A stretch of DNA of 64,000 nt, taken from the IMG/VR virus record IMGVR_UViG_3300043436_002205. One strand, written 5' to 3'. A model generated the notes under the pieces. That model was given only the letters and a program-made list of their open reading frames with translations. It had not been told where the DNA came from and searched no databases. Position numbers and translations under genes: made by a program. The DNA is from a virus. Taxonomy: Duplodnaviria > Heunggongvirae > Uroviricota > Caudoviricetes. Each line of letters opens with the position of its first letter. Position 1 is the stretch's first letter. Below are positions 44,507 through 54,753 of this stretch, piece by piece.

Positions 44507-47500
44507 TTAAGCTTGAGATTCAGACCAACCTATTCTACCAGCAACCACGAATGGATTTGCTGCGGTAACATTACTAGGATCTTCTAAAAGCTTAACAACA
44601 AGAGTTAGAACATCTGGGCCATCTGGGAATGTTCCGTCTCCACCGAGGATAGAGTTTCCAAGTGTCGCGATTTCATCGAGAGAAACTATGATATTGTTTT
44701 GTGAACGAGCGGTTGTGCCCGATGTACCCTGCGCTCTGAACGTATACACCGTAGTTCCTTCGGTGATTCTATCCGACGAATCGTGATAGATAAGTTGACT
44801 CAAGCTCGGGTTCGCAACTCTCTTCCAGTCATAGTTATTCAACTTGCCGTTCAATTTCAGAAGAACCTCGCAGCTGTGAGTCGTCAGAATACCAACGCTA
44901 TCTAAGATCAGTTGCATACGATTTATGATCTCTCTTTCTCCAAGATTTCCTGGCGTTCCGTTGTCAACGCTAGGAGCTAGACGAATGCTAATAAGAGGTT
45001 GTTCGTACACAACGGAAGTAGTTGCAGCAGAAAGAGTTACAGTGTAGTTGTTCGCTGCTGCAGTTGCTGTTGGAGGACCGTTCAATAGAATAAGGTTTCT
45101 TGTAGCAGTAGAAGCGACGTTTCCTGGAAATTGTATTCTTGAAGAAACGCTTGGAAGGTACGCTTGGAATGGAGTAGTTCTAGTGTCCAGTGGGTTTGCG
45201 GTTAGTCTTCCAGTAATTCCGTTACCAGTTATAGACACGCCAGCAGGAATCGCGTTTAATGCTGTGCTTGGAGTCACAACTTCAATAGCATAGTTTGCTG
45301 TTCTAAATTGGCCTTGTGATAGAACATAGTATAATGAAGTATTTGCAATTGCACCGTTAGCTACGATACTCGCGGTTCCTGAAATACTTAGTGTATTCGA
45401 GCTTGCAGCAAACACGTATGCACGGTCGTTGTCATATCTTCCATCCATGATCACAGAAGTACCCCAGTGAGCTAGCGCCGGAACATATGTTGGAGCTCCA
45501 ACGTTCTCAATCTCATATCTTCCTGGTATATTACCAGATCTCATATAAGCTTCGTTTTGTTTATTATTGTGTATAAATTCATGAACGTATACGACTTTAC
45601 CTTTTTGATCTTTAAAACCAAATCTCACTTTACCGGCACCATACCAGCTGTAATCCATATAGGCCATCTGTATCTTATTAGTATTAAGATAGAAACCAGT
45701 CGAGCCGGTTCCATCGCAGGTGTCAATATTCCACTGAGACTGTGGTATTTTAGTGTCAATCGTTTTTGTAATGATTACATTCGTAGCATCCGTTCCTCTA
45801 TAACTAGGAAGTATGTAAAGAAGAGTGTTACTTGCTATCTCTGATATGACATAAGTTTGGCCTTTGATGACTATTCGACCGCCTGCGTTTAATTGAGAAA
45901 GAAACTTCGTGTTTGTTCCAACAACGTTACCCTGCTTAAACTGAACAGATACAGTACCGCTTATCTGAAGGGTACTGCTTCTTCGACAGCAATATAGTTC
46001 CGAACCGTCATATTCAAAATATAGTCCGTTTTGATCATCAAAGAGGCCGCATTTTAGAAGACTGTTAGACCACGTGTTGACATAGTACTCAGGAATACCA
46101 AGCGCAAAAGTATCGGCAGGTTGGCCGCCGATGTTGACTCTAAACGAATATGGGTCTATGATGCTATCCACCGTAAAGGACCCATTCCAATAATTTTGTC
46201 CGGCAGTAACTGTAGCTCCACTTACTGTTATACTCAAATCTTCTGTCACTCTACTTGGAAAACGAGTCGTTATTATTGCCGTGTTTCCAGTGTCATACAC
46301 CATCGAGTCAATAGTAGTGGTTGGACTAAAGTTAACAGCAAAGCTAACTTGAATACCCTTACCAGACTGATAACGGAAATATTTACGTGTCTGGCGTATC
46401 ATAGTACTGTCTGGATTTGTGCTCGGAATAAGTTCAACTCCGCCATCGTATGGTCTATGAAGAGCGAAGCCATCTGCACGAAGCAAGAGAGATGTACCAA
46501 CAGCATACTCAGAGCTCGTAAGAGTGGTGTTTGCGACACTCTCTCGTGCAATAATTTCAGTTGTACTGTTTATGCTTTCTATAGTTGCGTTGTACGTCGC
46601 ACCAATACCTATAATTTCATTTAGTATAACACTAGTTCCGCTTGATGTTATATCGATTTTATTTGTGTTTGCGGTCGCTGTGGCTGGAGTTGGGTGTAGT
46701 TGAAGAGTTGTGCTACTTAAGACATTTACGTAATAAATCCCATCTTCTGTTATTCCACCCGGCGTCGAATCAGATGACACAAATACTGCATCTTCTGTAA
46801 TATATCCATGTGAAGCAGAGGTTGTAATAACGTCTGTAGTTGTGTTTATACTGCTTACTGTTACGTTCGCTCCTATAGTTTGGCTTTCATAAACAAAGAA
46901 CTCGTTTCCTCGAGTAAACAATGAAGGAAAGTTTGTGTCCGTTCCAGTGATTGTAGTCTCGCCAGCAGTAATAGTTACTGTTCCAGGTCCTAGCACTTCA
47001 CCGGATACTGTAGAAGTTGTTATGGTGTGATCTGTACCGGTACCTTTCGAAGTTAAAGTAATTGACACACCATCAATCGCATTTTGCTCAGAAGACGCCA
47101 GTCTAAACCAGTTTTTACTCACTCTTATCACATAATAAGTAGTAGAATCTGTAAGACCGCCTATTGCAGTTCCAGTTGTGTTATATTCTACGGCAGTGCC
47201 GGTTCTGAGTCCGTGTGTTAACGAATAGAAAGCACTCTTACTTAAATCTAAAAACAGATTAGGATTTATACTAATAATTCTCAAAGGCACGCTAACGTTA
47301 GCTGTAGACACCGTAAACGTGTTAGAAGTTATATTATCCACTAACGTATACACCCCATCTGCTGCACCGGGCGTCGTAGCCGAGAAGGTATGTGTGGCTG
47401 TACCGGAGGCCGCTATATCCACCAAGTCTGCTGCGCGCAAAGATCCTGATCCACTAAGAGGGCCGCCTATATCAACACGATCTGTATTTGCATTTGCGCC

Positions 47501-49663
47501 GGCTTTTGTCCAGTGAAGAGTAAGCGTTGTTGTAGTCCCAATTCTTGCCCAATACCATGCGCCGCTTCTAAGGCCAGATATCGGCGTTGAGCTTAAGTAT
47601 TGTACGGCGTCGCCGTTTGTAAAACCGTGAGCAACAGCCGTAGTGATCACGTCAGTCGAAACGTTAACAGCAGAGGATTGTGTAAATGTTCGCTCAACGG
47701 TCTTAAATCCAGCAGTAGTGGTCGCAAGTTTAAAATTGTTCTGTGATTTTTGAAAAACATAGTAAAAGTCACCACTAGTAAGACCACTGATATTAGAATT
47801 TCCATTATTGTTGTACAATACTGAAGAACCGTCTATAAGTGTATTACTAGGAGCAAATATACTATCATTGTTTAAAATAGAATAATTTCCAGATATGCGA
47901 TACTGGCCAGCTGCGCTTCCAAACGAAGTAAGGTTAATTTGTGCGCCGTTTGAAACTGACGTAAATCTAACTCTGTTGACATTAACTTTTTCAATTCTGT
48001 AAGCCGTAGAAGATGTAATACCGCCGATGGCAGTGCCAGATTGAACAGTATATGTTGCTATGTCTCCGGTTTCAAAACCGTGATTTGAAAACCATATCGT
48101 ATCAAAATCTGGAAGAAGTGACGCAGCAATCATCACAGCACCATTCGTGGTCGTTGTCATATTTAGAGTTGCGCCCGTAGGTGTAGTTCTAATCGTCATT
48201 GTTGTTGCACCACTGACAACCGAAACATAATATGGAGTGTAAGAAGATAGAAGGTCGGTTGATACGGAAACGTTGCCTGCTCCACCTGGGCCAAAGAATA
48301 AAAGTGGAACGTTATTATCAGAGTTAGTAAGATTGTGCGGTTCAACGAACGTAACAATTTCTGTTGCAGTGGCCACGCCACTAACTCTTGTGCCTCTTAT
48401 GAAAGCGCTTCTCATAACTCCACCGTCAGTTCCTGCTCCTGACAAGTTTACTCTTGTTGTGCTTCCGCTTGTAGTGGTAAGATATATAGTTGTAGGATTT
48501 ACCACTCTTACGTAGTACCAGTTAAAGGTAGTAAGACCGCCGATTACGGTATTTCCTTCACCAGCTACATACACGTATGGAAAGTTATCCGACAATCCAT
48601 GAGCAGTTGGAAACGTAATCGTCTCAACTCCAGCTCCAGCATCAATTGTGACTGCCGAATTTCTAAAGTATAGTACAGGTGAACCTTTTGATGAGTCTCC
48701 ACTGTAGTTATATGGCTGAACTGCACCAAGAGCAAACGAACCTGTTTCTCCAGTTGCAGTATTGTTTGTGCTTGTTACCGTGCTAGTAACAAAATTATTT
48801 GCTTCTACTAGAGACGCATCAATGTCTAAGTCTACAACACCTTTACTGTTTGTTAAAAAGAAGCTGGTTCCAGGTGTAAAATTTGTCGGGTATGCCGTCG
48901 TAACAGTTAGGGCAGTATTTCCAGATCCGCTCGTTGTGATTGCGGAAATTCCAGAAATATCAAATTCGGTTCCTTGATAAAGTGATCCAGCAAAGATCTG
49001 AGTGAATGTATCAAGTATACTTCCTGTAAAGTTTTGTATTGACTTTGATTTGTATTGGAACGAAGTTGTACTTATAATATTAGTTACAACAAATCCGCCA
49101 TCGCAAGAAATACTTCTAGAACCAGAAACGATCACTGGGCTTCCGCTAATAAAGTTGTGAACTTCTCCAAGTTCAACAGTGACAAGATCGCTTCCATTAA
49201 TTGTAGACATAGAAGTAATACTAAAAGAAGTGTCACCAGTTCTTGAATAGAAAGTAGGAATATTCTTAACGAGTTCAAGAGTCTCCCATTTAGTTGACTG
49301 AAGACCGTATTCGAAGTCAGTATCGATTAGGTTTTCTGGTTGACTTATTCTTAATTTTGAAACAGGATCAACAAACGTTTCACTAGGCTCAAATGATTGA
49401 TTGTCTTTTTCAACGAAGATCTGAAGCTTATCAGATGCACTCATAGCACTGCAGTCGTATGTTAAGACGAGAGTTGTGGTTTCTGCAGTCGTGTTAATGG
49501 TGTAGTTACTTATTCCCTTTGCTGAATCAGCGAACGAAAAAATGATTTGATTATCCGTAACATTCGTGATAAGCAGGAATCTCTCTAAACGATATATTCC
49601 ATCAATGACAATTGTATCCGTTGATGGTGTAAACGTATAAGATGGGATAAGTACTTTAGCCAT
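44507..49663 (-). CDS. giant virion structural protein (1718 aa; Ser/Thr/Gly/Asn-rich; probable baseplate or fibre component)
   Basis: Uninterrupted 5.2-kb ORF in the late operon upstream of gp13, at the position of wac/gp12 in T4. Beta-rich, low-complexity composition. Confidence 0.55.
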   Translation of the reverse strand: MAKVLIPSYTFTPSTDTIVIDGIYRLERFLLITNVTDNQIIFSFADSAKGISNYTINTTAETTTLVLTYDCSAMSASDKLQIFVEKDNQSFEPSETFVDPVSKLRISQPENLIDTDFEYGLQSTKWETLELVKNIPTFYSRTGDTSFSITSMSTINGSDLVTVELGEVHNFISGSPVIVSGSRSISCDGGFVVTNIISTTSFQYKSKSIQNFTGSILDTFTQIFAGSLYQGTEFDISGISAITTSGSGNTALTVTTAYPTNFTPGTSFFLTNSKGVVDLDIDASLVEANNFVTSTVTSTNNTATGETGSFALGAVQPYNYSGDSSKGSPVLYFRNSAVTIDAGAGVETITFPTAHGLSDNFPYVYVAGEGNTVIGGLTTFNWYYVRVVNPTTIYLTTTSGSTTRVNLSGAGTDGGVMRSAFIRGTRVSGVATATEIVTFVEPHNLTNSDNNVPLLFFGPGGAGNVSVSTDLLSSYTPYYVSVVSGATTMTIRTTPTGATLNMTTTTNGAVMIAASLLPDFDTIWFSNHGFETGDIATYTVQSGTAIGGITSSTAYRIEKVNVNRVRFTSVSNGAQINLTSFGSAAGQYRISGNYSILNNDSIFAPSNTLIDGSSVLYNNNGNSNISGLTSGDFYYVFQKSQNNFKLATTTAGFKTVERTFTQSSAVNVSTDVITTAVAHGFTNGDAVQYLSSTPISGLRSGAWYWARIGTTTTLTLHWTKAGANANTDRVDIGGPLSGSGSLRAADLVDIAASGTATHTFSATTPGAADGVYTLVDNITSNTFTVSTANVSVPLRIISINPNLFLDLSKSAFYSLTHGLRTGTAVEYNTTGTAIGGLTDSTTYYVIRVSKNWFRLASSEQNAIDGVSITLTSKGTGTDHTITTSTVSGEVLGPGTVTITAGETTITGTDTNFPSLFTRGNEFFVYESQTIGANVTVSSINTTTDVITTSASHGYITEDAVFVSSDSTPGGITEDGIYYVNVLSSTTLQLHPTPATATANTNKIDITSSGTSVILNEIIGIGATYNATIESINSTTEIIARESVANTTLTSSEYAVGTSLLLRADGFALHRPYDGGVELIPSTNPDSTMIRQTRKYFRYQSGKGIQVSFAVNFSPTTTIDSMVYDTGNTAIITTRFPSRVTEDLSITVSGATVTAGQNYWNGSFTVDSIIDPYSFRVNIGGQPADTFALGIPEYYVNTWSNSLLKCGLFDDQNGLYFEYDGSELYCCRRSSTLQISGTVSVQFKQGNVVGTNTKFLSQLNAGGRIVIKGQTYVISEIASNTLLYILPSYRGTDATNVIITKTIDTKIPQSQWNIDTCDGTGSTGFYLNTNKIQMAYMDYSWYGAGKVRFGFKDQKGKVVYVHEFIHNNKQNEAYMRSGNIPGRYEIENVGAPTYVPALAHWGTSVIMDGRYDNDRAYVFAASSNTLSISGTASIVANGAIANTSLYYVLSQGQFRTANYAIEVVTPSTALNAIPAGVSITGNGITGRLTANPLDTRTTPFQAYLPSVSSRIQFPGNVASTATRNLILLNGPPTATAAANNYTVTLSAATTSVVYEQPLISIRLAPSVDNGTPGNLGEREIINRMQLILDSVGILTTHSCEVLLKLNGKLNNYDWKRVANPSLSQLIYHDSSDRITEGTTVYTFRAQGTSGTTARSQNNIIVSLDEIATLGNSILGGDGTFPDGPDVLTLVVKLLEDPSNVTAANPFVVAGRIGWSESQA

Positions 49664-49700
49664 TTATTGCTTCCTAGCTTAATGATAAGATTGTTTCTTC

Positions 49701-49708
49701 TATTTATA
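49701..49708 (-). promoter_or_regulatory. T4-type late promoter TATAAATA in a small hairpin loop upstream of the giant gene
   Basis: Exact motif flanked by TCTTCT/AGAAGA. Confidence 0.4.
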
Positions 49709-49795
49709 AAAGAAGACGAACCGCATTTTTCTATTGACATATGTGAAATTACTGATATAATTAGATTTAATATCTATCAGGCCGGTAGTATATAC

Positions 49796-50542
49796 TCACT
49801 CGATGCGTTCGATATCTTCTTCATAGCAGTTCTCTCCATACTGGATCTCAACAATCTTGAGTTCTTCAGACGAGTCGTTAATGAGTTGATGCCAGTCGGT
49901 TACGACAATGGTGACGAAGTCACCTTTCTTCAAAGGTTTTCTTATTCCATTGTGTAGGATTGCACCTGTACCATTCGTCACGTACCAAAGTTCGCTTCGA
50001 TACTTATGTCTCTGAAGACTCAGTGACTTACCTGGTTCGACGACGAGCTCCTTTACCTTCGTAGAAGGACCGTCTGAGTGAAGAACACGATAGTATCCCC
50101 ACTTTCTTTCAGTCTTTGGAGTCTTCCACTCAGTGAGGATCTTGCTACTCGAATTCATCTTATGAGTTCCACCGACGCCAAATACAAATGATAGTCTTTC
50201 ATCCTTAATACTCATTTCCGGAATATTAATATTCGTTCTATCCCCGCCATTTGCAAAGATGATTTCATCATTAGGAAACTTTCCTAGGCACAACTTAATT
50301 GCTTCTGATGCCCCGCCATCACTATCGTCAAAGATCATGACACTATCGACCATATGAAGGCTCTCAACGATTGCAACTCTTTCTGATAGACTCATGAATG
50401 GCTGGCCCTTTTTACGAGTTAACCATTCGTCACTATTGACTCCAACTATTAGAATATCGCCGAGCTCTTTTGCTTCGTTAAAATATGCGATGTGACCGCT
50501 GTGAATTGGATCAAAACCGCCGGTTACAAGTACTATCTTCAT
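49796..50542 (-). CDS. bifunctional sugar-phosphate nucleotidyltransferase (HldE domain-II-like) with a C-terminal cupin (mannose-6-phosphate isomerase type-II-like)
   Basis: N-terminus VLVTGGFDPIHSGHIAYFNEAKELGDILIVGVNSDEW matches heptose-1-phosphate adenylyltransferase (NGCFDILHAGH...GDRLIVAVNSD). The C-terminus (ELWYVTNGTG...VEIQYGENCYEEDIERIE) matches the cupin of mannose-1-P guanylyltransferase/isomerases. Confidence 0.65.
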   Translation of the reverse strand: MKIVLVTGGFDPIHSGHIAYFNEAKELGDILIVGVNSDEWLTRKKGQPFMSLSERVAIVESLHMVDSVMIFDDSDGGASEAIKLCLGKFPNDEIIFANGGDRTNINIPEMSIKDERLSFVFGVGGTHKMNSSSKILTEWKTPKTERKWGYYRVLHSDGPSTKVKELVVEPGKSLSLQRHKYRSELWYVTNGTGAILHNGIRKPLKKGDFVTIVVTDWHQLINDSSEELKIVEIQYGENCYEEDIERIE

Positions 50543-50545
50543 TTC

Positions 50546-52117
50546 TTACTCCGCATCAAAAAAGAACATTTGCCATAGACGTGAATTTTCTAAAGCATAT
50601 CCAAAGTATTCAGACGCTGCGTGTATCAACCCAGCATCAAATATAACTAGTCTATTATAAACGTTTCCAACCACATCAACTGGCTCGTATGGAGTTCTAT
50701 CCAGAGTAGTATGACCAGAGAATGTGCTCATAATTTCTGGATGCGAGTTATGACGTATACGTGTTGCTTTATGTGCAAACATAGATGTACCTGTCTGATA
50801 TGGCGCGTCTGGTGTTAGAAACAACATTCCTGCATACTTCTGTTCGTCGCAGTGATACACGAGAGGTTCGCCTGCGTAGCAGTACTGGAATCTACCGTTC
50901 ATTCCATACTGTTCCCACTTAGTAACCTTCATTCCCATGATCTTTTCGAACTCGTCTTTTAATCCGTTAAAGAGGTACTGTTTGTGAGTTCTTCTTCCAA
51001 TGTATCCTCTTCCTATGCCACCCTCGTCAAATTCTCTAGTCATAGCATACTTCCTTACTTCATCCGGATTTTGATAAAAGTCATCTACGACCCACAGTCT
51101 CTTCTTATAAGGATTTATAATCGAAGAGGGGTTTAATACTGATTTTTCGAATACATCCAAGTCTTTGTAATCAAAGTTTGGTAAGAAAAAGTTTTTAAGA
51201 TGCTCTCTTTCAAGTATCATTTTTGGCAACTCGCTTATTGGATACTTTTTCAAAACATGATCATTATTTCCAGAAGGTGGAACAGAACCTTCAGTAAGAG
51301 GAGTTTTGTTGAGAAAATCAATAAACGAGTCATCGCTAAATTTGATAGAACTGTTATCTTCTTTACGCATCCATTCAAACGAATCGTTGTAATGGGCAAA
51401 GACTTTTGCTTTTAAAACTCTATTTTCAACTCCGCCCATCCATGACAAGTGCCATCCAAGATCTTTAACGGGTTGTCCATTTTCTGTTATATAATGAACA
51501 GGAAATGGGTTACCGATATTTGATCTTATATTCGAAGGATTTATTTTTTTTAGTTGACTCTTCGTAGCAAGAAACATTCCGCCAGACCAATCTACTGGAT
51601 ACCCATTACTATAACAAACACGAAGGTCTGCTCTTCCTTCTAAGTATATCAACGGAACTTTAATAATAATATTTTGATTTTGCTTGCATACGTTAGAAAG
51701 ATATTGAATAACTTCAGGCTTTATAATTTCGTCAGCGTCACTATGTATGAACACGGTATCATCATCAAACTTATCTAGCGCAATTAAAAGAGCATCTTTC
51801 TGTAGGCGCTCTCTTACCTTTGCTCTCTTTGATTCAATTTCGTTACGACTATCGTTTTTCATATCCGCGGTGTCGATAGGAAGAATCACTAGATCTTCGT
51901 CTTCTGGAATATCGTGCTCTATATATACGATCTTATCTTCTGGTAAATTTAGTTTTTTTGCAATCTCACTAAATTTTCTCTCGACGTTCTGTCCGCTATG
52001 TGTTTTATTCGACTCTGCAATCACAAAATAGTCTACATAATCTTTAAGAAGATTTACTCTCAGCTCTAGTGTTTGCTCGCCATACGGAGCAAAAAATGGA
52101 AAAAAATCTACTATCAT
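50546..52117 (-). CDS. GT17-like glycosyltransferase (GnT-III family N-domain) with a C-terminal domain carrying an HxD...H motif (possible Fe/2OG oxygenase-like)
   Basis: N-terminus IVDFFPFFAPYGEQTLELRVNLLKDYVDYFVIAESNKTHSG matches bacterial GT17 (IYDCFTFFNELDLLELRLN...VDYFVIVES..TF.G). DADE acidic motif. C-terminal YHCDEQ...FAH. Confidence 0.5.
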   Translation of the reverse strand: MIVDFFPFFAPYGEQTLELRVNLLKDYVDYFVIAESNKTHSGQNVERKFSEIAKKLNLPEDKIVYIEHDIPEDEDLVILPIDTADMKNDSRNEIESKRAKVRERLQKDALLIALDKFDDDTVFIHSDADEIIKPEVIQYLSNVCKQNQNIIIKVPLIYLEGRADLRVCYSNGYPVDWSGGMFLATKSQLKKINPSNIRSNIGNPFPVHYITENGQPVKDLGWHLSWMGGVENRVLKAKVFAHYNDSFEWMRKEDNSSIKFSDDSFIDFLNKTPLTEGSVPPSGNNDHVLKKYPISELPKMILEREHLKNFFLPNFDYKDLDVFEKSVLNPSSIINPYKKRLWVVDDFYQNPDEVRKYAMTREFDEGGIGRGYIGRRTHKQYLFNGLKDEFEKIMGMKVTKWEQYGMNGRFQYCYAGEPLVYHCDEQKYAGMLFLTPDAPYQTGTSMFAHKATRIRHNSHPEIMSTFSGHTTLDRTPYEPVDVVGNVYNRLVIFDAGLIHAASEYFGYALENSRLWQMFFFDAE

Positions 52118-52118
52118 A

Positions 52119-53135
52119 TTATAACCTTTCTAAAACAGTTAAACCGTTGTTGTTTGTTAAGAATTTTTTGAATCTCCAGTGAGGGTTAACCATGAGAAAC
52201 TCTATTATAGCTGGAAGAAGACCTTGAGAAGTACTGTATGCTTGGCCTCCCTCGTTCTTTAGACCAAAAGTATTTGTATCGTGGAACACCATGTATTTTC
52301 TAGACTTATTTCCATGAAGTGAAAGCTCTTGTTTTAACTGCTCGTATGTATGCCAAGTATCAATGAAGAGCAGGTCTGTTTCTTCGATATCAATCTTAAG
52401 AACGTCTGCTTCGATGAATGTAGCATCCTTTCCAGCTTTCTTTGCCTCGTTGATTAGATCTACTACTTTTTGATCTGTTACGATGTCATATGAAATTAGT
52501 CTCGCATCAACTCTTAAGAATGCTCGTGTACTTATTCCGGTTCTTACACCCATCTCTATTATATGATTACAATCTTTAGCTAGTTCATATAGAACTGGAA
52601 GGTGTTCGTGAATGTCACTAGGAGACGAAGCCGCGATCGCGAACTCTTTCTCTATCATGTGTTTGAAATTTTTTTGCGGCTGGTCTTCCGAATGTCTAAT
52701 AGTACCAACCGAAGGAATATACTTTTTCATTATGTCGTTCAAATTTACCATATCATATATCTCACTCTTAGTGTTCTTTTCTTTTGCTTTAAGAAAGAAC
52801 GGATGTATGTTCATAAAATCATCTTCTTTTCCAATATATTTATATATTAGCAGTAACATATAAAACGCATCTATTCTTGACGAGTCAACGTTCAATGCAT
52901 TCTTTAAAATTTTCTCTGCCATCGCAAAACTATCGCCATGTTCTATCAATGACTTTGCAGCTGACACTAGAGAATTATAGATAAGTTCTACGTCATCTGT
53001 CCTATCTGCCGCTCTTAGAAAGTATCCACAGGCAGAAGAATACTGCTGAAGGATTTCATACTCTTTTCCAAGATCGTAGTTGTACTGAGCGTTTCCTGGA
53101 TCACTTATATAAGTGTTAATCTTTTCTTTAAGCAT
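52119..53135 (-). CDS. SAM-dependent methyltransferase (Methyltransf_24-like) with an N-terminal TPR-like module shared with the next gene
   Basis: C-terminal IIEMGVRTGIST, LLFIDTWHTYE, YMVFHDT. N-terminal ISDPGNAQYNYDLGKEYEILQQYSSACGYFLRAADRTDD is homologous to NPSDPEVSFTLGSYYEDLGQYSSAGSYYLRTAERTEN in the 53137..54753 protein. Confidence 0.55.
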   Translation of the reverse strand: MLKEKINTYISDPGNAQYNYDLGKEYEILQQYSSACGYFLRAADRTDDVELIYNSLVSAAKSLIEHGDSFAMAEKILKNALNVDSSRIDAFYMLLLIYKYIGKEDDFMNIHPFFLKAKEKNTKSEIYDMVNLNDIMKKYIPSVGTIRHSEDQPQKNFKHMIEKEFAIAASSPSDIHEHLPVLYELAKDCNHIIEMGVRTGISTRAFLRVDARLISYDIVTDQKVVDLINEAKKAGKDATFIEADVLKIDIEETDLLFIDTWHTYEQLKQELSLHGNKSRKYMVFHDTNTFGLKNEGGQAYSTSQGLLPAIIEFLMVNPHWRFKKFLTNNNGLTVLERL

Positions 53136-53136
53136 G

Positions 53137-54753
53137 TTACCCTCTCAAAATAAAATCATCAAACACGTCTCTAGGTATTCTTAGTATGTAAGAAGCATTA
53201 TCTTCATAGCCATAGGATATAAGTACGTCATTCTTATGGTAAGCAATACCAGATACAAACTCAATAGTACCACCCATCATAGTAAAGTCACGAGTAGAGC
53301 ATACGATGTTCCAGTTTCTATCCCAGACTACGATTCGCTGAAAGTATCTTCTTCCGCTATCCTTGCCGCTATATAAGCACTCGTGAGTAACACCTATGTA
53401 GTAATCGTCATTCCAAGGAAGAATATGAGAACCGCCTCTTAAGTCTCGAGGAAACCGATAAGTCTTAGACTCTTCCAAGTGAACGGTCTCGGTCTTTAGA
53501 GTTTTAGTATCAAATGAAACTATCTGAGTTGGGTTAGACCACTTCACCCATTGGAACGGTTTATCTAGAACAGGCATCCAGTTCTTTTCACAATAGGTAT
53601 CGTCGTTTCCTGGCGCAGGAATTGAAAAACGTTCTACTTCGACTACGCCATTCTCGGTTATCTCGATCTGTGAAAGATCCATACGACCCTTACCTTCTAG
53701 TATGTGGTCCCTTCTTACTCCACATAGATACTTCTTTCCATCCCACTCTACAAACCTAGCATCTTCCAATCCAATGTAGAACCAGTTAGGATTCTCATTG
53801 AGTCTCATGTCAACGCGATCTGCAGTTATAACATTAAGTCGATCGTCTAATCTGCACACGACGTTTTCGGATCTGATATTAATGTCGTTGTCGGAATATA
53901 GATATTTGAGAGGACCGTCTTTTTCTGGAAACTTATTACTGTAGTAGAGTGTGTAGTTTGTTTCTCTTAAGTTTACAAAGACTCTCTCTTTATCATCAAC
54001 AAACACGGAAGCATTTGTAGTCGCAACTCCTTTAGAAACAGAATGAGGAACTACGATAGAATGCACGGATCCTCCCTTTTCCAAAACATATTTGGAAAGA
54101 CTAGAACTATATACATCCTTTAAATCTGAAGAGTTGTGATAGTAGTTAGCTCTTTCGTTTTCTTTTTTGATCTGCATAAGATTCTTTAACGCATCTCTTT
54201 TTATGTGGTTCGGAACGTCCTTGATCTTTGTTAACGATAGTAATATCTCTCTTGCTTCTTCAATGAAACCGCTGTTAAAACCAGCATGCGCTTTTTGCAA
54301 AAGAAGTGAATACTTTCCTTCAAAAATAGTTTTAAATCTCAAGGGTTTTAAATTATCTATGTCTTTAATAGATAATGCGGTGCACACTAGAGAGTACGCG
54401 GTGAACCACTTCTCATCGTTCGTTTCGTTATTTTCTATGAACTTACTTAGAATTAAATATGCTTCGGGTCTATCAGGCATATGCGATATCGCAAAGTTTA
54501 GCATACCCTTTGTTGAATATCTACGTCTTCCTAGTGAAGCAGTACATGCTGCAAACCTTATTAGGCTCTCATATGACAGAAGACGGTTCTCTGTTCTTTC
54601 TGCTGTTCTTAAGTAATAAGAACCAGCCGAAGAATACTGCCCCAGATCCTCATAGTAAGATCCTAGAGTAAAACTTACTTCTGGATCACTAGGGTTAAGA
54701 GCAAACATCGTGATCAATTGTTTCATTTCTTCAAGCATATTAACCCTTTGCAT
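53137..54753 (-). CDS. unknown enzyme-like protein (paralogue A: TPR-like N-module plus conserved beta-rich core)
   Basis: Core shares CEKNWMPVLD and RIVVWDRNWNIV...FTMMGG with the downstream paralogue. The extra N-terminal about 190 aa is shared with the methyltransferase. Confidence 0.45.
   Translation of the reverse strand: MQRVNMLEEMKQLITMFALNPSDPEVSFTLGSYYEDLGQYSSAGSYYLRTAERTENRLLSYESLIRFAACTASLGRRRYSTKGMLNFAISHMPDRPEAYLILSKFIENNETNDEKWFTAYSLVCTALSIKDIDNLKPLRFKTIFEGKYSLLLQKAHAGFNSGFIEEAREILLSLTKIKDVPNHIKRDALKNLMQIKKENERANYYHNSSDLKDVYSSSLSKYVLEKGGSVHSIVVPHSVSKGVATTNASVFVDDKERVFVNLRETNYTLYYSNKFPEKDGPLKYLYSDNDINIRSENVVCRLDDRLNVITADRVDMRLNENPNWFYIGLEDARFVEWDGKKYLCGVRRDHILEGKGRMDLSQIEITENGVVEVERFSIPAPGNDDTYCEKNWMPVLDKPFQWVKWSNPTQIVSFDTKTLKTETVHLEESKTYRFPRDLRGGSHILPWNDDYYIGVTHECLYSGKDSGRRYFQRIVVWDRNWNIVCSTRDFTMMGGTIEFVSGIAYHKNDVLISYGYEDNASYILRIPRDVFDDFILRG

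Noticed and set aside
49667-49957. Plus-strand 96-aa ORF overlapping the intergenic region and the 3' end of the nucleotidyltransferase-cupin gene.
   Set aside because: It overlaps a well-supported minus-strand gene and has a low-complexity hydrophobic translation. It is noted only as a possible antisense transcript.
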